NCBI GenBank assembly: GCA_964539235.1
Contig: CAZIIK010000050.1
Span: forward strand, 160-64,159
Reading direction: 5' to 3'
DNA: 64,000 bases
Source: an uncultured Gammaproteobacteria bacterium
Lineage (GTDB): Bacteria > Pseudomonadota > Gammaproteobacteria > Francisellales > CACEW01
The notes under the pieces are model-generated. The model searched no databases, was not told where the DNA came from, and was given only the letters and a program-made list of their open reading frames with translations. This document shows positions 29,400 through 40,080 of the stretch, one piece after another; the stretch's first letter is position 1, and every line of letters begins with the position of its first letter. Both the position numbers and the translations under genes were made by a program.

Positions 29400-30260
29400 T
29401 TATTTGGTACACAGCGTGCCAACACCGGCTTCTGTGAAAATCTCTTCAATTAATACATGAGGTCGTTTGGCACCCAAAATATGGATATTGTTCACGCCAC
29501 GACGCAGCGCTTTGAGAATGGTATTCACTTTGGTCAGCATGCCACCGACCACAATTTCTTCGTCAATCAACAACTGTAATTTAGCAGCATTACAAACCGA
29601 CAGCGGTTCATCTGCCTGGTAGATACCGGCCTGATCCGTCAAATAAATTAATTTCTCCACCCCGAGCTCAGCTGCTAAGCAACAGGCAGCCCAATCAGCA
29701 TTCACATTGACTGCTTGACCATTTTTCATCACTCCAATGGGTGACACAACCGGAATAAACGCAGCCTGATCATCGGCTTGCTGCATCTGCATGAAATGAC
29801 GCAATAAATCTAAGTTGACCTGTGAAATTTCACCCACTAGACCCAGTTCTGCGGACACCAAATCACATTGCAACATTTGTTGGTCAACACCGGATAATCC
29901 AATCGCGGGAACTGCCAGAGCATTTAAACGTTTCACCAACATTTTATTGACCTGACCACTCAACACCATCTCGATAACATCCATCATATCGGGTGTCGTA
30001 ACCCGCTGACCTTGGTGAAATTGCCATGACAAATTATAGGTCGACAAAGCCGATTCAATAGCTTTGCTCCCCCCATGCACAATGACAATGGCAATCCCTG
30101 CCGCACGGAGTAATTTAAGGTCTTGGCAAAGACTTTCGACTAGGGCGGGCTCATCCAAGATTGAACCCCCCATTTTGATCAAAATACTTTTACCTTGAAA
30201 TTGCTGCACATATTGCAGTGCTTGTAATAGTAAGTCGGTCTGTTGTACCTGCATGTTCAA
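29400..30260 (-). CDS. argB: Acetylglutamate kinase
   Basis: 286 aa with [15 protein letters not shown] and other amino-acid-kinase fold motifs. Confidence 0.9.
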   Translation of the reverse strand: MNMQVQQTDLLLQALQYVQQFQGKSILIKMGGSILDEPALVESLCQDLKLLRAAGIAIVIVHGGSKAIESALSTYNLSWQFHQGQRVTTPDMMDVIEMVLSGQVNKMLVKRLNALAVPAIGLSGVDQQMLQCDLVSAELGLVGEISQVNLDLLRHFMQMQQADDQAAFIPVVSPIGVMKNGQAVNVNADWAACCLAAELGVEKLIYLTDQAGIYQADEPLSVCNAAKLQLLIDEEIVVGGMLTKVNTILKALRRGVNNIHILGAKRPHVLIEEIFTEAGVGTLCTK

Positions 30261-30263
30261 TCC

Positions 30264-31463
30264 TTAACTGACGTATTCCGCATTGATTTTGACGTAGCGT
30301 TCCGATAAATCGCAGCCCCATGCCGTTGCCATCTGTTCACCCGCATGCATATCAACTTCCAACACAACAGTATCTTGTTGCATTAATTGCTTCAGTTTTG
30401 CTGCATCGACAGCTTGCGGTTGTTCCGCAGAAAATAGCGTCATGCCTTGGAAACGCAATGAGACTTGTTGCAAAATTTCCACGGGCACCTGTTCTGCACC
30501 GAGACGCCCAATAAAACGGCCCCAATTAGGCGACTCGCCATAAATCGCTGTTTTAATCAGTGGGCTCATGGTCAAGCCACGCGCGACTTGCTGAGCCAAA
30601 GCCAAGGTGGGCGAATTTTTCACCTGTGCTTCAATTAACTTGGTTGCGCCTTCACCATCACGCGCAATGCTTTTGGCCAAAACAATGGCTACCTCTTGTA
30701 AAGCTGCCCAGAAAATTTCTTGGTCGGCTGAAGTGGCCAGCGACACGCCACTGGCACCGTTTGCTAATAGAAAAACACTATCATTCGTCGAAGTATCACC
30801 ATCGACACTGATCATATTAAAGCTGTGATCAGTCACCGCTTTTAAACCGTGTGCAGCTGCTGCAGTATCTAAAGCCACATCAGTCAGCAAGTAGCCCAAC
30901 ATAGTTGCCATATTGGGATGAATCATGCCCGAGCCTTTTGCGACACCGGTAATACAGACTTCACCTTGCGATAAGGTGATTTTTTTCATCACCGTTTTGG
31001 GCACGAGATCTGTTGTCATCACTGCCAAGGCAAACTTCTCGGCAATGTCACTGGTACTTTGACAGAGCTCCGGCACTGCCGCCGTTATTTTGTCAACCTC
31101 CATTGGTTCGCCAATCACGCCGGTCGAAGCAGACAATACCTGATGAGTTTCGCATTGCAATTGCTGGGCAACCGCGGTAACCATTGCCTGATTATCCAGC
31201 TCACCTTGAGGACCTGTTGCCGCATTGGCCTGACCACTGTTGGTGATCACCGCGCGGATGTTATCCGCTGGCAGCAATGCCTGTGAATACCGGACGGGCG
31301 CTGCTTGGCAGGTGCTTTGGGTAAAGACACCGGCAGCCACAGCAGGCACTTGCGAAATCACAATGCCCAAATCAGGCCGATAACGTCGCACACCACAGTT
31401 CACACCAGCTGCGACAAACCCCTGTGGCAATTGGGTTCTAAAAATTCCTGCACCTGGCGTCAT
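30264..31463 (-). CDS. argJ: Bifunctional ornithine acetyltransferase/N-acetylglutamate synthase
   Basis: 399 aa with the ArgJ autoprocessing region (GMIHPNMATMLGYLLTD) and the C-terminus INAEYVS. Confidence 0.9.
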   Translation of the reverse strand: MTPGAGIFRTQLPQGFVAAGVNCGVRRYRPDLGIVISQVPAVAAGVFTQSTCQAAPVRYSQALLPADNIRAVITNSGQANAATGPQGELDNQAMVTAVAQQLQCETHQVLSASTGVIGEPMEVDKITAAVPELCQSTSDIAEKFALAVMTTDLVPKTVMKKITLSQGEVCITGVAKGSGMIHPNMATMLGYLLTDVALDTAAAAHGLKAVTDHSFNMISVDGDTSTNDSVFLLANGASGVSLATSADQEIFWAALQEVAIVLAKSIARDGEGATKLIEAQVKNSPTLALAQQVARGLTMSPLIKTAIYGESPNWGRFIGRLGAEQVPVEILQQVSLRFQGMTLFSAEQPQAVDAAKLKQLMQQDTVVLEVDMHAGEQMATAWGCDLSERYVKINAEYVS

Positions 31464-32512
31464 ACCACCTCCCCAGGCAAAAGCCCTAAACTGACCGGCC
31501 AGTCATAGTAACGATTTAAATTCTCAATCGCTTGTGAAGCCGCGCCTTTATGCAAATTATCAATAAAACAAAATACTTGAACCCCATGCGCATCAACTGT
31601 GTACACCAGGTGCGTCATCGGTGTGCCCACCACCGACTTCAAATGCAATAACTGCGGCGCTTGCTGTTCAGCCTGTAACAACGGCATCTGTGTCACCAAT
31701 GGATAGTCTTGATAGGCTTGGGTGAATGCTTGTTCCACATCTTGTGCAGTCACACCCGCCTTGAGCCGAGCATACGCTGTCATAGCAATGCCTTGCTGCG
31801 TGGGCAAAATTTGCGTGGTTAATTTGGGTGCTACCGTTTGCCCAGTCACACCGGCAATAGCGTGGGTAATTTCCGGTGTATGCTGATGACGACCCACTTT
31901 GTACGGATAAAAATCACCGGCCACTTCGGCAAATAGCATATGACGTTTTGCTGAGCGGCCCGCACCTGTCACACCGGATTTACCATCCAGAATTAGACTA
32001 TCGACATGCATCAAAGGCACCACAGGTAAAACCGCCATCAATGCGGCCGTGGCATAACACCCCGGATTGGCAATTAACTGCGTCGGTTTTGCAGACTGCC
32101 AAGGTGATAAACCGTAATGAGCTTCATCTAAGAAGCCTGGCGCTTGATGTGTAAAACCGTACCATTCTGGATGCGCAGCTTCCGGCAAACGAAACCCACC
32201 ACTCAAATCAATCGTCAACACGCCGGCAGCCAAACAAATAGGTACCCATTCAATTGAAACATTGGCCGGCGTTGCCAAAAACACCACATCCAAACTGGAT
32301 AAATGCTGTGGAAAATCTTCCACTGAAAAGGTTGGCACGCGCTGAGCCTTGGGGTGTATGAGGTCGTGACCTAACTGCCAATCATCCTGACGAGCAAAAA
32401 CAGTCGCTAACTCAACCTGGGGGTGATCAAGCAGATAGCTTGCCAATGTCAGGCCACTGTAGCCCTGCGTGCCAATTATTGCGATTCTCTTTTTCAACGA
32501 TTTATACTGCAT
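31460..32512 (-). CDS. argC: N-acetyl-gamma-glutamyl-phosphate reductase
   Basis: 350 aa with an NAD-binding N-terminus (IAIIGTQGYSG) and the active-site segment ANPGCYATA. Confidence 0.9.
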   Translation of the reverse strand: MQYKSLKKRIAIIGTQGYSGLTLASYLLDHPQVELATVFARQDDWQLGHDLIHPKAQRVPTFSVEDFPQHLSSLDVVFLATPANVSIEWVPICLAAGVLTIDLSGGFRLPEAAHPEWYGFTHQAPGFLDEAHYGLSPWQSAKPTQLIANPGCYATAALMAVLPVVPLMHVDSLILDGKSGVTGAGRSAKRHMLFAEVAGDFYPYKVGRHQHTPEITHAIAGVTGQTVAPKLTTQILPTQQGIAMTAYARLKAGVTAQDVEQAFTQAYQDYPLVTQMPLLQAEQQAPQLLHLKSVVGTPMTHLVYTVDAHGVQVFCFIDNLHKGAASQAIENLNRYYDWPVSLGLLPGEVV

Positions 32513-32528
32513 AATTAGTCAATTTAAC

Positions 32529-32603
32529 TGAATAATAATACACATAGTGGCGCTAGGCAAGTTTATTTTGCATTTTTATTTAGTTACATTGATTTTTTAT
32601 TCA
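32529..32603. promoter_or_regulatory. ARG-box-like operators in the divergent argC / aminotransferase-argR control region
   Basis: TGAATAATAATACA (32529-32542), TGCATTTTTATTTA (32569-32582) and TGATTTTTTATTCA (32590-32603). All resemble TGAATwwwwATTCA, and the last two are spaced 21 bp apart. Confidence 0.5.
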
Positions 32604-32648
32604 CTATTTGGCAAACTACGTATCACTTCAATGATGCTGACCACCTGA

Positions 32649-33842
32649 ATGAACGATCTAATCAAACTGGAAAATCAATACAGCGCACACACGGTTAATT
32701 CCTTACCGATTGTTTTAACCAAAGGCCAGGGCTGCTGGGTTGAAGACAATCAAGGTAAACGCTATTTAGACTTTGCCTCAGCGCTGGCTGTGAATAATTT
32801 TGGACATTGCCACCCTCATATTGTGCAGGCTGCACAGTCACAGGCTGCAAGTCTCACCATGTGTTCACGGTTATTTTATAATGAACACCTTGGCACGCTA
32901 TCTCAGAAGCTTTGCCAACTCACAGGGATGGACCAAGCACTACCGATGAACAGTGGTGCTGAAGCCTTTGAGACAGCAGTGAAAGCAGCACGCAAATGGG
33001 GTTATGAACGCAAACATGTGCCAGATGATCAAGCTAATATCATCATGTGCCACAATAATTTTCATGGTCGAACCGTCACGGCCATCAGCGCATCAACCAA
33101 ACAAAACCACCGCACACATTTTGGCCCTTTCACACCAGGCTTTACCTTTATTGATTACAATGATGTTGCTGCACTAGAAGCTGCCATCCAGCCGCACACC
33201 GTGGCTTTTATCATTGAGCCGATTCAAGGTGAAGGCGGCATTATTATGCCTGACACTGATTATCTGCAACGCTGCGCCGATCTGTGTCAAAAAAATAACG
33301 TTTTGTTTATTTTGGACGAAATTCAAACTGGAATGGGCCGTACCGGTCAATTCCTCGCCTGCCAACATGCTAATGTCTTGCCTGATGGCGTATTGCTCGG
33401 TAAAGGCCTCGGCGGTGGTGTATTGCCAGTGTCCATATTAGTCGGAAAGGCTGATTTCATGTCAGTATTCACACCCGGCAGTCATGGCAGCACTTTTGCT
33501 GGCAGCCCATTTGCTTCAGCCGTTAGCATCGCTGCACTCGAAGTATTAGAACAAGAAAAGCTATGTGAAAATGCACAGACATTGGGCACCTATTTACTCA
33601 ATGGCATGCAAAACGTTCAACATCCTGCTATTCGAGATATTCGTGGCCAAGGCTTACTGGTGGGGATTGAATTTGATACCGACCAAATCGATGTGGCACA
33701 GCTATGCCAACAACTGGCAGAGGCAGGTCTATTAGTCATTAACACGCATAATTACTTAATTCGCTTGGCTCCGCCACTCAATATTGAAGCAACACATATC
33801 GACCAAGCTGTCTCCATTCTGCAACAGGTTCTTAGCTCATGA
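32649..33842 (+). CDS. Class-III aminotransferase, ornithine aminotransferase-like (may serve as ArgD)
   Basis: 397 aa. LPMNSGAEAFETAVKAARKWGYERKHVPDDQANIIMCHNNFHGRT and LDEIQTGMGRTG look closer to RocD/OAT than to classical ArgD (from memory). Confidence 0.85.
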   Translation: MNDLIKLENQYSAHTVNSLPIVLTKGQGCWVEDNQGKRYLDFASALAVNNFGHCHPHIVQAAQSQAASLTMCSRLFYNEHLGTLSQKLCQLTGMDQALPMNSGAEAFETAVKAARKWGYERKHVPDDQANIIMCHNNFHGRTVTAISASTKQNHRTHFGPFTPGFTFIDYNDVAALEAAIQPHTVAFIIEPIQGEGGIIMPDTDYLQRCADLCQKNNVLFILDEIQTGMGRTGQFLACQHANVLPDGVLLGKGLGGGVLPVSILVGKADFMSVFTPGSHGSTFAGSPFASAVSIAALEVLEQEKLCENAQTLGTYLLNGMQNVQHPAIRDIRGQGLLVGIEFDTDQIDVAQLCQQLAEAGLLVINTHNYLIRLAPPLNIEATHIDQAVSILQQVLSS

Positions 33843-34294
33843 CACAACCACTCACACGCGATTTACACGATTTGTTGATGGCGGGCACCGCTGCCAGCCA
33901 AGATCAACTTTGCCAGTTACTAACTGCACAGGGCCATGAGATTAACCAGTCGAAAATCTCTCGCTTACTGCGCAAATTGGGCGCAGTTAAAAGCAAAAAC
34001 GCTCAAGGCGAAATTGTCTATCGGCTACCGAAAGAACCTGCGCCGCCAACGCCTTCGAGCCCATTAGCCGACCTGATTCTCAGCATTGACTGTAATGAAG
34101 CCAATATTGTAATCACCACCAGCCCAGGCGCCGCGCAACTGGTTGCGCGCTTGTTGGACTACAACCGCGAGCATACCGGTATACTGGGCTCAGTTGCCGG
34201 CGACGATACTATTTTGGTCATTCCGACCAGCATTCATCAAACGCAGCTGACCCTGGAAAAATTGAAACAACAGCTCCTGGAAACGGCCGGATAA
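33839..34294 (+). CDS. argR: Arginine repressor
   Basis: 151 aa with an N-terminal wHTH (SQDQLCQLLTAQGHEINQSKISRLLRKLGAVK) and the C-terminal GSVAGDDTILVI. Its start overlaps the upstream stop (ATGA). Confidence 0.9.
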   Translation: MTQPLTRDLHDLLMAGTAASQDQLCQLLTAQGHEINQSKISRLLRKLGAVKSKNAQGEIVYRLPKEPAPPTPSSPLADLILSIDCNEANIVITTSPGAAQLVARLLDYNREHTGILGSVAGDDTILVIPTSIHQTQLTLEKLKQQLLETAG

Positions 34295-34365
34295 ATGTCT
34301 GACCACCGCACTGTCTAGAAAAACATGCTACCCTAACGCACCATTTCAGCCACACATCCATTCTG

Positions 34366-34989
34366 ATGTCATTCAACCAAACACTGCAGACAGCACTTTC
34401 AAAGGTAACATCCATCACCACCGAACAGCTCACACAAATTTCTACCTATCTCACCGAATTGGAAAAGTGGAATCGCACACATAATCTGACGGCGATTCGC
34501 AACCGCGATGACATGATTACGCGCCATATTTCAGACAGCTTAACCCTCTTGCCTTATCTTCATGGCACAGACTTATTGGATATCGGTACAGGCGCTGGCT
34601 TACCCGGCATCCCACTGGCAATTGCACGCCCAGAACTAAACATCAGTTTACTCGACAGCAATGGTAAAAAATGTCGGTTTCTGCGGCATATCGTACAGGT
34701 GTTAGGCTTAAGCAATGTCACTGTATTTCATCAACGCACTGAACAGCATACCCAACAATATGACATGGTCACTGCACGTGCTTTGGCGACCTTGGATCAA
34801 CTCTGGCAATGGGCTAAACCTCTGCTGCACCCACATGGCGAATTAATTGCGATGAAAGGCCAAAAACCTGAGACAGAAATCGCCGCCTTACATGCAATCG
34901 ATACAGTGGAAGTCACACTGCATACTTTAGAAACTTCACAATGCACTGAAGCGGTGGCGCGGCATATTTTGGCTGTGCGGGTGGCTTAA
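34366..34989 (+). CDS. rsmG: 16S rRNA m7G527 methyltransferase RsmG (GidB)
   Basis: 207 aa with WNRTHNLTAIR and the SAM motif LLDIGTGAGLPGIPLAI. Confidence 0.9.
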   Translation: MSFNQTLQTALSKVTSITTEQLTQISTYLTELEKWNRTHNLTAIRNRDDMITRHISDSLTLLPYLHGTDLLDIGTGAGLPGIPLAIARPELNISLLDSNGKKCRFLRHIVQVLGLSNVTVFHQRTEQHTQQYDMVTARALATLDQLWQWAKPLLHPHGELIAMKGQKPETEIAALHAIDTVEVTLHTLETSQCTEAVARHILAVRVA

Positions 34990-35020
34990 GCAATTGCATA
35001 GGGACCATTGCACGATTCGA

Positions 35021-36193
35021 TTACAACAATTCTCCCTCCCACAGCCGTGATAAAAATGTTTGCCAGGGTAAACACAAGACGCCTTCTGTCTGACGCGCAA
35101 ATGCATCACACGAGACCAAGAAATATTGCTGACAAATATTTTCCTGCTGCAACATGCGCAAAGATTTTAGATGCTTGGACTGAATCTGTGTCGTCGACTT
35201 TACCTCTATCGCTATTTGATCGCCAATGATGAAATCCACTTCATAACCATGTTTAGTGTGCCAATAACTTAAAGGCAGTTTCTGACGCGTATAACTTAAA
35301 TAGGCGCTGAGCTCCATAGCAATAAAATGCTCAAAAGCATGACCAAACAGCTCGGTCTTATCCGGAATATGATAGTTCTGGATCAGCGCATTACGCACAC
35401 CTAAGTCAAAATAATAGAACTTTGCAGTTGCGACCGGTTGACGCTGCACACTCTTGCGCCAACTTGGCAACATGAACCCGAGGAAAGTATCCGCCAATAC
35501 TTGGTAATACTCTCGGATAGTGGCTGCTGTCACGCCAATTTCATTTGAGATCGCCGTAAAATTCAGCATATGGCCACTGCTTAAAGCCGATAACTGCAGA
35601 AACTTTGAAAATACAGGCAAGTTGCGCACCAATGCTTCAGCCTGAATTTCATCACGCAAATAGGTATGCGTATAGGCATATAGCTCATCTTCTGGGTCAG
35701 TACTGTTATAAATGGCCGGTAACCCGCCATATTGCAGGTAACGCTGTAAATTAAAGTCTGGTATTTCTTGACTGGTTAATGGAAATAATTCTGCTTGCCA
35801 AGCACGACCGGCCAATAAATTAACACCCGCCAGCTTGAGTTTCCTGGAACTGCTACCGGTTAATAAAAATGTTACGCCACGCTGTTCAATTTGACGGTGC
35901 ACTTCGTTTAATAAAATCGGCAGACGTTGGATTTCATCGATCACGATTAGCTTTGCCTGTGGATAAGCCGCCAACATCTCAGCAAACGCGCCTGGATTGG
36001 CTGATAAAGTTAAATAGAGATCATTGCGCAGCAAATCAAATACCGGTGTGTCCGTTGGTAATTGTTGATTGGCTAAAAAAGATTTGCCTGTTGCTCGAGG
36101 GCCAAATAGGAAAAAAGATTTCTTGGCTAATAACGCTTTAATATCCAATAATCGATGAATAACCATGATATTTCCGGAAATTCTATAGTTCAA
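35021..36193 (-). CDS. DUF4143-type AAA ATPase with a PD-(D/E)xK-like C-terminus
   Basis: Walker A FGPRATGKS, Walker B LIVIDEIQ, tail YEVDFIIGDQIAIEVKS. An alternative start is at 36166. Confidence 0.8.
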   Translation of the reverse strand: MNYRISGNIMVIHRLLDIKALLAKKSFFLFGPRATGKSFLANQQLPTDTPVFDLLRNDLYLTLSANPGAFAEMLAAYPQAKLIVIDEIQRLPILLNEVHRQIEQRGVTFLLTGSSSRKLKLAGVNLLAGRAWQAELFPLTSQEIPDFNLQRYLQYGGLPAIYNSTDPEDELYAYTHTYLRDEIQAEALVRNLPVFSKFLQLSALSSGHMLNFTAISNEIGVTAATIREYYQVLADTFLGFMLPSWRKSVQRQPVATAKFYYFDLGVRNALIQNYHIPDKTELFGHAFEHFIAMELSAYLSYTRQKLPLSYWHTKHGYEVDFIIGDQIAIEVKSTTQIQSKHLKSLRMLQQENICQQYFLVSCDAFARQTEGVLCLPWQTFLSRLWEGELL

Positions 36194-36218
36194 CTATCGA
36201 ATTTCCGATTTTCACCCT

Positions 36219-37127
36219 CTAGCCCACCAGCAATTTCGTTGCGCAAATACCTTGGTCATAGTGCAACATCCCCATAAAACGATCTGCACAGACAACGCGA
36301 TACCAACCGGTTTTAGGCGCGACAATATCGGCCTGTTGCTTACGCCCTTGTTGTAAATGCGCACATTGTTCAGGAGTAATGTCGAGTAGTGGACAGTGCT
36401 GCAAGCCTGTGTCCACGGGTAATAGCAGGGTGGATAATGTCGCGGAGTCTTGCGCAGCTGCTACCGCATCCAGCGTGTGCATAGCAGTCGCGGCAAAGCC
36501 AGCACAGTGATCACGACGCAGCACAATCAAGTGTCCTAAAGTGCCCAGTTTTTTGGCCAGATCTTCCGACAACGTGCGCACGTAGGTACCTTTACTACAA
36601 CACGCTTGAAACGTCAGCTGCGCCAAATCAGGTTGCCAATCAAGCAGTGTTAATGAATGGATGGTTACCACGCGTTGTTTTTGTGGAACCACAATGCCCT
36701 TGCGCGCCCAGTAGCACATCGGTTTGCCTTGATACTTCAAGGCAGAATAAATCGGCGGGGTTTGCGTCACTTGGCCGACAAATTCATGCAATACGGTTTG
36801 CAGCTGTGACGCTGTCAGTTCAGGCACTGCTTGTTGAGCCAGTGGCTCGCCCTCACTGTCACCCGTTGTGGTTGCTTGGCCCAACTGCACTGTGGCCGTG
36901 TAGCTTTTGTCCGCATCAAGTAAAAACTGAATAAATTTGGTGGCCTGACCAAAAGCAATCGGCAACATACCGGTTGCCAGAGGGTCCAATGTCCCCGTAT
37001 GACCTGCTTTTTTGGCAAGAAAGTATCGACGCACTTTTTGGAGTGCTTGATTAGAAGACAAGCCCGTGGGCTTATCCAGCAAGATAATGCCGTCAATCGC
37101 TTGCCAGGGCATGGAAGGTTTACTCAT
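36219..37127 (-). CDS. truB: tRNA pseudouridine55 synthase
   Basis: 302 aa with GIILLDKPTGLSS and GHTGTLDPLATGMLP, which holds the catalytic Asp. Confidence 0.9.
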   Translation of the reverse strand: MSKPSMPWQAIDGIILLDKPTGLSSNQALQKVRRYFLAKKAGHTGTLDPLATGMLPIAFGQATKFIQFLLDADKSYTATVQLGQATTTGDSEGEPLAQQAVPELTASQLQTVLHEFVGQVTQTPPIYSALKYQGKPMCYWARKGIVVPQKQRVVTIHSLTLLDWQPDLAQLTFQACCSKGTYVRTLSEDLAKKLGTLGHLIVLRRDHCAGFAATAMHTLDAVAAAQDSATLSTLLLPVDTGLQHCPLLDITPEQCAHLQQGRKQQADIVAPKTGWYRVVCADRFMGMLHYDQGICATKLLVG

Positions 37128-37476
37128 GTCCTTTTTTGAGCGCTGATTGAATCAATTCATCGAGTTGATTGGCAGCATCCGTCGTATTGTCATACAGAAA
37201 GTGTAATTGAGGCACAATTCTCAGTTCACAATTCTGCGCAACCAGGCGGCGTAAATACCCTGCCGCTTTCTGCAAGGCTGCAGTGGCACCCTCTATTGCT
37301 GCCTGGTCACCGAATGTCGAAAAATAGATTTTGGCATGTGCCAAGTCACGACTGACTTGTACGTCCAAAATGGTGACCATAGACAAGCGCGGATCATTAA
37401 CTTCACGCTGAATCAATTCAGATAAAGTCTTTTGCACCAAATCTGCCACGCGCTCCGCACGTGTCGATGTGGCCAT
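37120..37476 (-). CDS. rbfA: Ribosome-binding factor A
   Basis: 118 aa, RbfA-like (RAERVADLVQKTLSELI...DPRL), in the conserved position after infB. Confidence 0.9.
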   Translation of the reverse strand: MATSTRAERVADLVQKTLSELIQREVNDPRLSMVTILDVQVSRDLAHAKIYFSTFGDQAAIEGATAALQKAAGYLRRLVAQNCELRIVPQLHFLYDNTTDAANQLDELIQSALKKGHE

Positions 37477-39998
37477 TATTCAATGACCCGTTTCACTTCT
37501 GTGACTTCGAACACTTCGATGTGGTCACCGACTTTGACATCGTTATAGTTTTTCACGCCAATCCCGCATTCCATACCTTCACGCACTTCTGCGGCATCGT
37601 CTTTGAAACGACGTAATGATTCCAATGCGCCTTCATAAATCACCACGTTGTCACGCAATACGCGAATAGGATTATTCCGTTTCACCACACCGCTGGTCAC
37701 CATACAACCGGCAATAGCACCCAATTTAGGTGAACGGAACACATCGCGGACCTCTGCAATACCAATGATTTCTTCTTTCATTTCAGGCGGCAGCATACCG
37801 GACAGCGCTTGTTTCACATCATCCAATAGTTGATAAATGATACTGTAATAGCGCAGTTGCAGACCTTCTTTTTCGGCCAAGCCACGTGCAATCGCATCTG
37901 CACGCACATTGAAACCGAACATCACAGCACCTGAAGCTAATGCCAAGTTAACATCTGATTCAGTAATCCCACCAACACCGCTGGCAATGACCTTAACAGC
38001 CACTTCATCGTTGGAGAGCTTATGTAAAGAATCGGTCAAGGCTTCTAAGGAGCCTTGTGCATCGGCTTTCAGAATGACTGAGAGCTGTTGTGCGGCATTC
38101 TGCTCTTTGAAGTTACTGAAAATATCATCCAGGTTCATCGCCGGTTGGCTGAGCTCCGTGTTACGTTGCTTCTCACGACGATAATCACTGACTTCACGTG
38201 CCTTACGTTCATTCGGCACCACAATAAACTCATCACCACTGACTGGCGCAGCTGACAAACCTAATACTTCGACTGGAATCGACGGACCAGCTGATTTGAC
38301 CGGTTTGCGGTTTTCGTCTAACAATGCCCGCACCTTACCAAAAGCAACACCAGTTAAGACAATATCACCTTTGTGTAGTAAGCCACTTTGTACCAGCAAA
38401 GTCGCGACAACACCTAGACCTTTATCTAAACGTGATTCCACCACAACACCACGCGCTGCACCGGTAGCAACCGCACGCAGCTCTTGAACTTCGGCTTGTA
38501 AAAGAATGCCTTCTAATAAACTATCAATACCCGTGCCTTTCTTGGCTGAGACTTCGACAAACATGTGCTCACCACCCCAATCTTCTGGAATGATTTCATG
38601 TTGCGTCAATTCATTTTTGATTTTTTCTGGATCCGCTTCTGGCTTATCAATCTTATTGACCGCCACGATAATCGGTACACCCGCTGCCTTGGCATGTTGG
38701 ATGGCTTCGATAGTCTGTGGCATCACACCGTCATCGGCTGCCACAACCAACACTACGATATCAGTTAGATTCGCACCGCGTGCACGCATCGCCGTAAAGG
38801 CCGCGTGACCAGGGGTATCTAAAAAGGTGATGATGCCTTTTTCAGTTTCCACATGGTAAGCACCAATATGCTGCGTAATGCCACCAGCTTCCGCATCAGT
38901 CACACGCGTGCGACGAATGTAATCGAGCAAGGACGTTTTACCGTGATCGACGTGACCCATAATAGTCACAATCGGTGGGCGTTCTGCCGTTTCTACATCT
39001 TCAGCAGGCGCGGCTTGTTGCATGAGCGCATCTTCCAAAGCGGACTCACTGACAATCACCGGTTTGTGCCCCATTTCTTCGACAACTAATACGGCCGTTT
39101 CTTGGTCAACCACTTGGTTTACAGTTGCCATTACACCCATGCCCATCATGATTTTAATGACTTGGGCAGCTTTCACACTCATTCTCTGAGCAAGTTCTGC
39201 AACGGTTAGATTTTCTGGGGTTTTTACTTCGTGCACTTTATTCTCTGTTGGTCTTTGGAATGCTTGGGTTTTAGATCTGTTTGGATTTGGCTTAGCACGG
39301 GTGATTTTGGGCCGTGCAGCAGCTTCATCTTCCACATCATTGTCGTCATCACCGTAGTTTATATACTGCTGACGCAAACCTTGCTTACTGCTGGTTTTAC
39401 GATCCTGAGTCCGTTGACGCGCTTGTTGCTTACGCTTTTTCTCAAATGGGTCAACTTCTTCAATGGGTTTAGTCGGATTTTTAACCTCGGTCGTGTCAGA
39501 CTTAGCGACATCAGTTGTTTCAGCAACATTGTTTTCAGACTTTGCTGCTGTCTGCGTTTCAGCGGCTTGCGCGCGTTCTGCTTGCTGACGCTGTTTTTCA
39601 GCCGCTTCAGCTTCGGCTTTTTCCCGTGCAAGACGTTCTTGCTTCTCGCGTGCCGCCTGTTCAGCTGCTAAACGCTCTGCTTCTTCAGCCGTTCGCTGAC
39701 GCGCTATCTCTTCTGGAGAGGGATAAGTTTTCTTTTGACGGATTTCGATGTTAACAGTCTTACCACGTGCACCACCGCTTTGCTTTAGGGCGCTGGTACT
39801 CTTACGTTTTAAGGTAATACGTGTTGGCGAAACTGTTTGACCACCACGAATATGGCTCAACAAAACTTGTTTCTGCTCGTCACTCACCAGATCATCCACA
39901 GAAGTCTGCGGTAGATTTGCTTCTTTGAGCTTCTGCAACAGTTGCTGCTCATCGATGCCAACACTTTTTGCTAATGCACTGACGCTTACTTCTGCCAT
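37476..39998 (-). CDS. infB: Translation initiation factor IF-2
   Basis: 840 aa with a charged N-terminal region and a GTPase core ([23 protein letters not shown]). Confidence 0.95.
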   Translation of the reverse strand: MAEVSVSALAKSVGIDEQQLLQKLKEANLPQTSVDDLVSDEQKQVLLSHIRGGQTVSPTRITLKRKSTSALKQSGGARGKTVNIEIRQKKTYPSPEEIARQRTAEEAERLAAEQAAREKQERLAREKAEAEAAEKQRQQAERAQAAETQTAAKSENNVAETTDVAKSDTTEVKNPTKPIEEVDPFEKKRKQQARQRTQDRKTSSKQGLRQQYINYGDDDNDVEDEAAARPKITRAKPNPNRSKTQAFQRPTENKVHEVKTPENLTVAELAQRMSVKAAQVIKIMMGMGVMATVNQVVDQETAVLVVEEMGHKPVIVSESALEDALMQQAAPAEDVETAERPPIVTIMGHVDHGKTSLLDYIRRTRVTDAEAGGITQHIGAYHVETEKGIITFLDTPGHAAFTAMRARGANLTDIVVLVVAADDGVMPQTIEAIQHAKAAGVPIIVAVNKIDKPEADPEKIKNELTQHEIIPEDWGGEHMFVEVSAKKGTGIDSLLEGILLQAEVQELRAVATGAARGVVVESRLDKGLGVVATLLVQSGLLHKGDIVLTGVAFGKVRALLDENRKPVKSAGPSIPVEVLGLSAAPVSGDEFIVVPNERKAREVSDYRREKQRNTELSQPAMNLDDIFSNFKEQNAAQQLSVILKADAQGSLEALTDSLHKLSNDEVAVKVIASGVGGITESDVNLALASGAVMFGFNVRADAIARGLAEKEGLQLRYYSIIYQLLDDVKQALSGMLPPEMKEEIIGIAEVRDVFRSPKLGAIAGCMVTSGVVKRNNPIRVLRDNVVIYEGALESLRRFKDDAAEVREGMECGIGVKNYNDVKVGDHIEVFEVTEVKRVIE

Positions 39999-40080
39999 AC
40001 CTTTCTACCCTCACTCTTCCACAACTGATCGCAATTGGCGGCTATGTCATTCATGCTCACCATCTATCGCTTTACATTAT

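Noticed and set aside
39231-39671. 146-aa + strand ORF inside infB
   Set aside because: It is antisense to the charged, repetitive N-terminal region of IF-2. The Leu/Phe/Cys-rich shadow translation has no independent support.
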